Positions 8,816 to 16,043 of a stretch of 28,143 nt of DNA are shown here, piece after piece. The position numbers were made by a program, and so were the translations under genes. The notes under the pieces are model-generated. The model saw only the letters and a list, made by a program, of their open reading frames with translations, was not told where the DNA came from and did no database searches. Where the stretch lies: the NCBI GenBank assembly GCA_039000165.1, contig JAWBTW010000004.1:4228-32370 (forward strand), in the 5' to 3' direction. This stretch comes from Candidatus Aenigmatarchaeota archaeon (lineage in GTDB: Archaea; Aenigmatarchaeota; Aenigmatarchaeia; CG10238-14; SCSR01). The first letter of the stretch is position 1. Each line of letters starts with the position of its first letter.

Positions 8816-9577
8816 TTGGCAAGGGTAATAGGGATAATTTCTGGAAAAGGAGGAGTTGGAAAAACAACTTTGACCGCAAACTTAGGAGCTTCTTTAGCAC
8901 ACTTTTTCAAAAAAAACGTTACTGTTATAGATTGCAACATAACAACTTCCCACTTAAGCCTTTACTTGGGAATTCACTTTTGTCCAACTAGCTTGAACAA
9001 AGTTTTAAGGAATGAAATCTCCATAGAAGAAGCGCTTTACAAGCATTATAGCGGAGCCAACATTGTTCCTGCCTCTTTATCCTGGAAGGATTTGGAAGGC
9101 GTGGATGTAATTCAAATTAAAGATAGTATAAAAAAGCTTTTTGACAAAACTGATATAATATTGCTCGATGCTGCTCCTGGTCTAGGAAGGGAAGCTTTAG
9201 CTGCTATAAAAGCTTGTGATGAAGTTATTTTTGTTACCACTCCTTATGTTCCTTGCGTTATGGATGTTATAAGATGCTTAGAAGTTGTGAACGAAATTGG
9301 AGTTAAGCCCTTAGGAATTGTTTTAAACATGGTTGGGAATGAAAGATATGAGATGAAAAAAAAGGAAATAGAGCAGCTTACTGGTTTGCCAGTAATTGCT
9401 TCAATTCCTTCAGACAAAAATGTTTTAAAAAGCTTAGCTTTAAGGACTCCTGTTGTTCTTTTTAACAAAAAATCAAAAGCAAGCAGAGAAATAATAAAAC
9501 TTGCTGGCAATTTGATAGGAGAAACCTATAGAGAAGAAGGATTTTTCTCAAGAATTTTCAAAAAGCTTAGGTTATAA
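8816..9577 (+). CDS. minD: MinD family ATPase
   Basis: TTG start; ISGKGGVGKTT; LLDAAPGLG; C-terminal membrane-targeting helix GFFSRIFKKLRL. Confidence 0.9.
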   Translation: MARVIGIISGKGGVGKTTLTANLGASLAHFFKKNVTVIDCNITTSHLSLYLGIHFCPTSLNKVLRNEISIEEALYKHYSGANIVPASLSWKDLEGVDVIQIKDSIKKLFDKTDIILLDAAPGLGREALAAIKACDEVIFVTTPYVPCVMDVIRCLEVVNEIGVKPLGIVLNMVGNERYEMKKKEIEQLTGLPVIASIPSDKNVLKSLALRTPVVLFNKKSKASREIIKLAGNLIGETYREEGFFSRIFKKLRL

Positions 9578-10186
9578 GAATTTGTAAATTAGGAAAGAGA
9601 TTAATAAAATTAAAACTATTGCTGAAGCTAAAATTGCAAACCTTAGGTCAAAGCTTGGCAAAGAGATTCTTGAACTTATTTTTTCTTCTTCACTTACTTG
9701 CTTGCTCTTTTCTTTCTCTTGGGCCTCTGAAGAAAAATGTTCAAGAATTTTTATCTTGAAAACAAAAGTTTTTTCTTGAGCAACTTTAATTCCTGAGTCT
9801 AAGCTTTCTGCTCTTGTTTTTATTCTTATTTCATTCTCTCCTTTTGCAGAATCTAAGGCTTTAATCAAAACTTTTACTGGAAATGCTTTAACATCACCTA
9901 CTGAAAGCTTAACGTATTCTCCTTCCTCGTAAGGAGGACCAATTTTAGAAGCGTTTAACAAAAATTCTTTTGGCTCAACTATTACAACAAAACTTTCTGG
10001 TGAAAAAGGTTCAAGAGTAACGAAACAAGAAGAGTTTTCAAGATTCCAGAAAAGAAGAGTAAATTCTTTCGTTTCTCCTTTTACCATTTCTGCATAATTG
10101 CCTTTTTGCAAGCTTCCAAAGCTTAAAGCTTTAGCAAAAGGAATAAATAAAAGGAAAAATATTGCAATCAAAATTTTCTCTTTCAT
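9572..10186 (-). CDS. Signal peptide + Ig-like domain + C-terminal TM anchor
   Basis: Start likely ATG 10186 (MKEKILIAIF), just after the adhesin stop; AKA cleavage site; KGETKEFTLLFWN; charged linker; C-terminal TM. Confidence 0.7.
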   Translation of the reverse strand: MKEKILIAIFFLLFIPFAKALSFGSLQKGNYAEMVKGETKEFTLLFWNLENSSCFVTLEPFSPESFVVIVEPKEFLLNASKIGPPYEEGEYVKLSVGDVKAFPVKVLIKALDSAKGENEIRIKTRAESLDSGIKVAQEKTFVFKIKILEHFSSEAQEKEKSKQVSEEEKISSRISLPSFDLRFAILASAIVLILLISFLIYKFL

Positions 10187-10187
10187 T

Positions 10188-12941
10188 TCAATCACACAAC
10201 GAAGAGCAATTTCCACATATCGTTATGGTTCCTTTATAAATTCCTGCATAAACGCTTGGTACAGAAAGCCAGTAGTAGAGTGTTAAGTTTGAGTTTGGTG
10301 GAAGAGCAGAATAAAGAAGCTTGTAATAATAGTCAAGAGGATAAACTGTGCTTGGGTTGTAAATATTGCTTGAATTGCTCCAGCTTAAATTGCCAACAGC
10401 TATAAAGGAATTGTAAGTTGAATTTGTAAGGTCTGTTCCTTTAATCCAAATGTTCGGACTGCATGCTCCTATAACTGTTATGTTGTATAAATTGTTTTCA
10501 TTTCCAGGGGCAGGGTTGTTTTCTGCTGGAGTGCTTGGAGTTAAAAAGCCAAAGTCTATAAAGTCCCAAGACAAAATCAAGCTTTCTATTTCTATTCCAG
10601 AAACAATAGTTATTGTTGAATTTTGAGTGTGGTTTTGCTGAACTTCTGTTAAAGAAGAATTAAAAAGTACACCAATTTTCCAGACCGAATTAACATCACC
10701 ACTTGCATTAACAACCCAAGTTAGATTGCAGAATTCATTCTCATCTAAAGGATTTGTTGGGCAAGCTTTCGTTGCTAAAGCAAAAGCTTCTTGAATAAAA
10801 AATGGTTTATCTCCTTCAGTTGTGCTTATTGGTGTATCTGGAAAAGGAGAAGAAGCGTTATATCTTACGGTTCCGTAAACGTTGCCACAACTTCCAGCTT
10901 TACAGTAAACTGTTGCATTTATAATAAAGGTAGAATTCTGAGGAACGTTGTAGCTTAAAGGCGGTGATGAAAGCCAAGCTTCCAAATAAGGGGGTGAAGG
11001 AAATGGACATACTGTTAGGTTGTTGTAAATTATGTTGTAAGGTGAAGAAGTTCCTTTTCTATAGATAAACTCTACACAATCTTTTGACTGATACTTTGAA
11101 TTTGGATAAACGTTATCTCCTGCGATATCTGTAGTAATCCAGACAGGATTTTCCCAACTTCCAGAATTATTCCTGTAAATTATGTTCCATCTTTTATTAT
11201 TAGTTGTGTCGTTTTGCTGCCATAAAACAAGAGGATAGCCTAAGGAATTGGTTGTTACACTCGGATATCGAGCTTTGCTTGTATCTATTATAGTATCAAT
11301 TCTTTCTCCGGTCCAGGTTGAACCATAATCAGAGCTTGAGTTAAAGTATATTTTATTATCTGAAGAATAATAGGTAACATAAACTTTGCTTCCATTATAA
11401 GTTATGCTTGGGGTAAAGAATTCAGTTTGGTCTGAAAAAATTACATTTCTGTACGGAGACCAGCTGACTCCTGAATTAGAAGAATTTTTATAAGTGATAA
11501 AATAGTAAAGGATACCAGTATCGTAACTTTTTTCCCTGGCAACAATATGTATTCTATCGTTTGAGCTTCCGTTTCCGTCAACAGCAATAGAAGGCTCGTA
11601 ATAATAAAAAGCAAACTGAAGTATTTGTCCTACATATGTTTCATACCCATCAAATACAACTTTTATTGGACCCCATGTATTCCCAGCATCGCTCGAATTA
11701 AAAAACTCTATATCAGTTGCATCTTCATTATCTTGATAAACAACATAAATTCTTTGCCCCCTTCTTTCAACGCTAACGTATTCTCCTATCCCACTTGAAT
11801 AAGGAACTTTCTCTTCAAAGCTTTCTCCGTTGTTTTCTGAGATATAAATTACAACTCCTGAAGTTCCATTTCTATAAGCTATAGTTATATTATTACCATC
11901 GCAAGAAATTGAAGGCAAGCCTTTTGAGCCAGTTGAATTAACTATCGTGTTATTAATTATCCAAGTTTTACCGTTATCTATGCTTCTAGCATAACTTATA
12001 GTATTAGCATCGTATTTCCAAACAATATGTATATAATTTTTCCCATCTCTACAAATTGCTCTTTGGTTTGGAGAAAAAGGGACTGTTGTGGTTGTTGGAA
12101 AATAGGGTGTAGTTGTATAGCTGAAAGGATTTTGACAAGAACTTCCATTCCAGTTATTATTAGTGTCATTGACATAAACGCACCACCTTATAGTACACCC
12201 AACAGTTGAGTTTATTACTACACTAAAGTTACTCCATGCTTCAGTTCCAGACAAGCTCATACCTGAAATATTTTGTAACCTCCCTGTACAATTATCAAAG
12301 CTGAAAATGGCATAGCTTAACCCAACATCATCAGTCCATTTCAAAGAATGTTGTACTACACTTCCTGCTACAGTTGAGTTCGTTGAATTAAGAGAATATT
12401 GAGGTGGTTGTATGTCTTGAACTGCTATTATTCTTTCTTGTGATACGTTTATCTCGCCTGCTGAATCGTTAGCATACTGCTTCCATACAATTTTTTTCCC
12501 TGCACAAGCTGTCGGAATGATTTGAGTTTCGTTGTGCCAAATAGAATTAACATTATTTCTTGGTGTAAAAGAGATGTTTACCCAGGTATCACAATTTACT
12601 CCTGAAGCATTCCAAGAAAACCAAGTATAGTTTATTCCTAAGCCTTTTCCTGCTGCACCAACAACATCAGTCCAGTTAACACTAAACTTTACTGCATCTC
12701 CTGGGTTTGGGTTTGTACTATTTTCAGAAGGGGTAAACCATTTTGGGGCTTGGTTCTCGCAGCCATTAGTTACTATTCCATCATCGTTGAACCAGCCGGG
12801 ATTGCAAGTATAAGTGCAACTTCCTGTAGAAGAGCAAGTACAACTTCCTCCACTTCCTAAACAGCACCAGGCAGCCAAAACATTTTTTATACTAATAAAG
12901 AAAAGGACAAAAAAAATGAATGCAAGCCATTTTTTTCTCAT
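10188..12941 (-). CDS. 917-aa secreted adhesin-like protein: Cys-rich N-terminus, Ig-like repeats, Asp-box (BNR) beta-propeller, C-terminal pilin/WxL-like domain
   Basis: ATG 12941 with GTGGTG SD; signal peptide VLA; Asp boxes SIDNGKTW, SENNGESF, SSDAGNTW, SSNSGVSW, SSDYGSTW; C-terminal IDFGFLTP...YWLSVPSVYAGIYKGTITI; no TM anchor; many sequons. Confidence 0.8.
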   Translation of the reverse strand: MRKKWLAFIFFVLFFISIKNVLAAWCCLGSGGSCTCSSTGSCTYTCNPGWFNDDGIVTNGCENQAPKWFTPSENSTNPNPGDAVKFSVNWTDVVGAAGKGLGINYTWFSWNASGVNCDTWVNISFTPRNNVNSIWHNETQIIPTACAGKKIVWKQYANDSAGEINVSQERIIAVQDIQPPQYSLNSTNSTVAGSVVQHSLKWTDDVGLSYAIFSFDNCTGRLQNISGMSLSGTEAWSNFSVVINSTVGCTIRWCVYVNDTNNNWNGSSCQNPFSYTTTPYFPTTTTVPFSPNQRAICRDGKNYIHIVWKYDANTISYARSIDNGKTWIINNTIVNSTGSKGLPSISCDGNNITIAYRNGTSGVVIYISENNGESFEEKVPYSSGIGEYVSVERRGQRIYVVYQDNEDATDIEFFNSSDAGNTWGPIKVVFDGYETYVGQILQFAFYYYEPSIAVDGNGSSNDRIHIVAREKSYDTGILYYFITYKNSSNSGVSWSPYRNVIFSDQTEFFTPSITYNGSKVYVTYYSSDNKIYFNSSSDYGSTWTGERIDTIIDTSKARYPSVTTNSLGYPLVLWQQNDTTNNKRWNIIYRNNSGSWENPVWITTDIAGDNVYPNSKYQSKDCVEFIYRKGTSSPYNIIYNNLTVCPFPSPPYLEAWLSSPPLSYNVPQNSTFIINATVYCKAGSCGNVYGTVRYNASSPFPDTPISTTEGDKPFFIQEAFALATKACPTNPLDENEFCNLTWVVNASGDVNSVWKIGVLFNSSLTEVQQNHTQNSTITIVSGIEIESLILSWDFIDFGFLTPSTPAENNPAPGNENNLYNITVIGACSPNIWIKGTDLTNSTYNSFIAVGNLSWSNSSNIYNPSTVYPLDYYYKLLYSALPPNSNLTLYYWLSVPSVYAGIYKGTITICGNCSSLCD

Positions 12942-12951
12942 AACACCACTT

Positions 12952-14025
12952 TCATCCAAAGCAAGCAATAAAAGTTCCACAACAACTACTTGAAGAAGCA
13001 GGAACTGCTTGGCATGTGTTTGAGCTTAAGTAAGAGTTTGGATAAGGAGAAGGACAGCTTACTGTACAAGATGTTAAAATGTAGCAATTTCCTACGGTAC
13101 ATTCAAGCAAATAATTATTGTAGTTGCAAGAGCAAGTCCCTCCAACATTGCAAGCTAAAGTATAGCCAGATGCGTCTTCCCAATAAAATTCTGAATTTTT
13201 CTCTTCACCAGGAGCAACGCTTCCTATATGCTGCTTCAAAGTTATTACTGAATTGTACTGCCCCTCGTCACTAACATTTAACTCATAATCATAATCACTT
13301 AGCCAATCAAGCCTTATTCTCCATAAAACCAAATCCTTGTAATTCCTTTTGTGAACTTCGTACTTCTTTTCTTTCAAATAAGTTGAGTTGAAAATAGCAT
13401 CTAAACCATGCAAATCATAGACTTCAACTTCATTCAAAGTTGAGTTTATAACAAAAGCATTATCTTCATAAGAATTGTTTATTTTTATCTCAGTAGTTTT
13501 CCACCAAAACCAAAGGTCATCAATAGCTTTTGAACCAGTATTATAGCCATAAAAACTTACGCTAAGCTTTCTGTCATGATCTTTAAGGAAATACCTAACC
13601 TTAAAGTAAAACTTATAACCTCCAGGTGCAGTATATTCCTTTGAAGTACCGTTGAGTTCAACCCATGTTGCTTCTTCGTTTGTTGCGTTAGTCCATGTTA
13701 ATTCAAAAGAATCTGTGCAAATTCCTTCGAATTTAAAATTTCCTGCAGTTGCATTAATGCAAATCCAATTTTTGCTCCACCAGTTTGGTAAGTCTTGAGT
13801 AATTTGAAGGCCTGAAGTTTTATTTATCCAGTAAACCTCTTGATCGTTCCAAATTTTAAAGGTTTGTGTTGTTGAATTGTACTCAAGAAAAGTAGAATTT
13901 CTTGGTTTACATTGAGCTTTAACTAAAGTAAAATTGCTTTCAACTAATTTATCTTTTTTCATCTCTATTAAATTCAAAGCCAAAGCCAAAACGAACACAA
14001 GTACTATTATTTTTGATATTTTCAT
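12952..14025 (-). CDS. Secreted/N-anchored beta-rich protein with Cys-rich C-terminal tail
   Basis: Hydrophobic N-terminus; Trp/Asn-rich beta-sandwich-like core; 11 Cys in the last ~70 aa; 10 nt upstream of the adhesin ATG. Confidence 0.7.
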   Translation of the reverse strand: MKISKIIVLVFVLALALNLIEMKKDKLVESNFTLVKAQCKPRNSTFLEYNSTTQTFKIWNDQEVYWINKTSGLQITQDLPNWWSKNWICINATAGNFKFEGICTDSFELTWTNATNEEATWVELNGTSKEYTAPGGYKFYFKVRYFLKDHDRKLSVSFYGYNTGSKAIDDLWFWWKTTEIKINNSYEDNAFVINSTLNEVEVYDLHGLDAIFNSTYLKEKKYEVHKRNYKDLVLWRIRLDWLSDYDYELNVSDEGQYNSVITLKQHIGSVAPGEEKNSEFYWEDASGYTLACNVGGTCSCNYNNYLLECTVGNCYILTSCTVSCPSPYPNSYLSSNTCQAVPASSSSCCGTFIACFG

Positions 14026-14088
14026 CTACTATTATTTCTTGATTTAAACTATAAATTTAATTCAAAAGAAAAGAAAAAAGAAAAAAAC

Positions 14089-14370
14089 CTACTTCTCAAA
14101 TAGAACTTCATAGGCTATAAGAAGTGTTCCTATAAGTGCTAGAATCCAACCTAGTGCTGCAAATATTGTGTCTAGACCTATATTTCCAAAGGTTAAGTAG
14201 CTAAGAACCACTTGAGGGAATACTCCTGCAAACAGGAAGAATACTCCTGCTGTTGCCAGGAAACCAAAACCTTTTTCTGATTTCTTCGTAAACTTTGCGT
14301 ACTCAGCTAAGGCTATTCCTAGGAGTAAAGCTATTCCCCATTCAATATAGGTTGCTTCAAACAAAGCCAT
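14089..14370 (-). CDS. Small 3-TM membrane protein
   Basis: ATG with AGGTGGA SD; three hydrophobic helices; downstream T-rich terminator-like run. Confidence 0.75.
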   Translation of the reverse strand: MALFEATYIEWGIALLLGIALAEYAKFTKKSEKGFGFLATAGVFFLFAGVFPQVVLSYLTFGNIGLDTIFAALGWILALIGTLLIAYEVLFEK

Positions 14371-14488
14371 TTTTCCACCTAATTTTCATTTTAAAGAAAA
14401 GAAATATAAACTCTTCTCTTGCCTATTTAAACATTACTTTCGAAAAGTGGTAACATACTTTTATGCTTAAGAAAAAGAAAAATTAATT

Positions 14489-15040
14489 ATGAAATATCCC
14501 TTAGAAAAAGCCTACCGTTTAATCTCCCCTCGCTTGGTAATTTTAGTTACAACAGTAAACTCTAAGCAGGGAGTAAACGCTGCACCGATAAGCTTTTGCT
14601 CACCAATAAGCTTTTCTCCTCCAATAGTTATGATTTCCTTAACTCCAGAAATAAGAACTCACAAAAATATTCAAGAAACAAAAGAGTTTGTTATAAACAT
14701 TTTGTCAAAGCAATATGCTGATCAAGTTTTGAGATGCGCAGCAAGGTATCCTGAAGGGGTAAACAAGCTTGAGGTTGTGGGCCTAAAAAAATTTTCCTCC
14801 ATTCTTGTAAAGCCACCAAGAGTAAAAGAAGCCTTTGCTTGGTTAGAATGTAAGCTAATAGAAGAGAAAAAGTTTGGCGATCACTTTGCAATATTCGGCG
14901 AAGTCCTAACTGCAGAAATAAAAGATGAAATAGCAAAAGAAGGTGAAATAGACTTTTCTAAGGTAAGTCCGATACTGCATTTATTCAAGGAATACTTTGC
15001 CTTTGATTTTAAAGTTGTGAAACAAAAGAGGTATGATTAA
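14489..15040 (+). CDS. Flavin reductase-like / flavoredoxin family protein
   Basis: PRLVILVTT...NAAPISF...SPP; T..NI.ETKEFVIN; PPRVKEA.AWLEC; GDH...FGEV. Confidence 0.9.
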   Translation: MKYPLEKAYRLISPRLVILVTTVNSKQGVNAAPISFCSPISFSPPIVMISLTPEIRTHKNIQETKEFVINILSKQYADQVLRCAARYPEGVNKLEVVGLKKFSSILVKPPRVKEAFAWLECKLIEEKKFGDHFAIFGEVLTAEIKDEIAKEGEIDFSKVSPILHLFKEYFAFDFKVVKQKRYD

Positions 15041-15213
15041 TGCTTTGTCCAAATTGTTCTAGCGAAATAATGGAACTAGTTGCTTGTGATAGATGCAAAA
15101 GAATAGGTTGTATAAGGTGTGTAGTGAAAAAAGGAAAAGAGTGGCTTTGTGATACATGCAGAAAAGAAGAAAAACAAGAGCCAGAAAGTGCTTTAGCTTC
15201 TCTTTTTGGTTAA
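15040..15213 (+). CDS. 57-aa zinc-finger protein with four CxxC pairs (not in ORF track)
   Basis: TAATG overlap with the upstream stop; MLCPNCSSEIMELVACDRCKRIGCIRCVVKKGKEWLCDTCRKEEKQEPESALASLFG*. Confidence 0.85.
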   Translation: MLCPNCSSEIMELVACDRCKRIGCIRCVVKKGKEWLCDTCRKEEKQEPESALASLFG

Positions 15214-15800
15214 AAAACTCTTATAACTTTACCCTCAGGTTCTTCTTCCTTAAAAGCCTCTACTCTAAACCTAAAAATTTTTGCTCCTTTTTCTTTCCAT
15301 GCATTAGCATTTAAACCAGCTTTTAAGCAAAGTGATTCTAAGAATTTTTCTTTTTCTGGGATTATTTCCCAGACTTGAGGCAAGTAAAGGGCGCTAAAAC
15401 CTCCATACTCTAAAATTAATCCATCCTTACCTTCTTCTATTTTTTCCAAGTACTCTTCTGCTTTTCTTACTTTTATTAGCTGAGGTTTTGTTAAAATTGA
15501 AACTTCAAAAACAACTTTTTTCAATTCTTCTTTTCTTAAAGGCTCAAACCTGTAATCCTCAAAAGCAGACGATATCGCAGCTCTTTGAACTGCTTCATAC
15601 AAAGAAAAATAGGGTAAAGGGAAGCCTACACAACCTCGCAAATCATTTTCAGGATAAGTTTCTATCGTTACAAAAACTCCTCTTCTTTCTTTAAAATCTT
15701 TTTCTTCAGTCTCTTCTATTTCTAATTTATTCTTCTCAAAAAATTTTTCCACACTTCTTCTTGCAAGTTTAACTAAGATTTTTCCTTTTTCAAGCTCCAT
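15210..15800 (-). CDS. AMMECR1 domain protein (TIGR00296 / AmmeMemoRadiSam protein A-like)
   Basis: RGVFVT, LRGCVG, AFEDYRF.PL..EEL, EVSILT, G.DGL, LPQV, LCLKAGL. Confidence 0.93.
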   Translation of the reverse strand: MELEKGKILVKLARRSVEKFFEKNKLEIEETEEKDFKERRGVFVTIETYPENDLRGCVGFPLPYFSLYEAVQRAAISSAFEDYRFEPLRKEELKKVVFEVSILTKPQLIKVRKAEEYLEKIEEGKDGLILEYGGFSALYLPQVWEIIPEKEKFLESLCLKAGLNANAWKEKGAKIFRFRVEAFKEEEPEGKVIRVF

Positions 15801-15857
15801 AAGTTAAATAAAGAGTTAAAAAAATAAAAAAGAAAAGAGTGAAAGAAGCGTTACTAG

Positions 15858-15947
15858 CTACCACTCTTCTTCTGGAATTTCCTCTTCTTCTTCCTCTTCT
15901 TCTACTTCTTCTTCCTCTTCTTCTTCAGCCCATTCTTCTTCTGCCAT
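15858..15947 (-). CDS. 29-aa poly-glutamate micropeptide (not in ORF track)
   Basis: MAEEEWAEEEEEEEVEEEEEEEEIPEEEW*; AGGTGA SD 7 nt before ATG; upstream GAAAAC-TATAAATA BRE/TATA-like element; T-rich tract after the stop. Confidence 0.75.
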   Translation of the reverse strand: MAEEEWAEEEEEEEVEEEEEEEEIPEEEW

Positions 15948-16043
15948 TCACTTTTCACCTACTCACTATAAAAGAATTTAACAAATATTTATAGTTTTCT
16001 GTTTCCGTTGTAAATAATTTTTATCCAAAATAAATTATAATTT

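Noticed and set aside
2444..9577. MinD pair as a MinCDE division system or plasmid ParAB partition module
   Set aside because: No MinC, MinE, ParB, FtsZ or replication gene is recognisable nearby; the context is surface proteins
1..14025. Locus as an archaellum, type IV pilus or provirus
   Set aside because: No class III signal peptides, secretion ATPase, TadC/ArlJ platform, capsid, terminase or integrase motifs in this segment
15858..15947. (TTC)n tract as a simple microsatellite or CRISPR-like repeat
   Set aside because: No repeat-spacer structure; variation is synonymous in one frame bounded by SD, ATG and stop, so it was treated as a CDS
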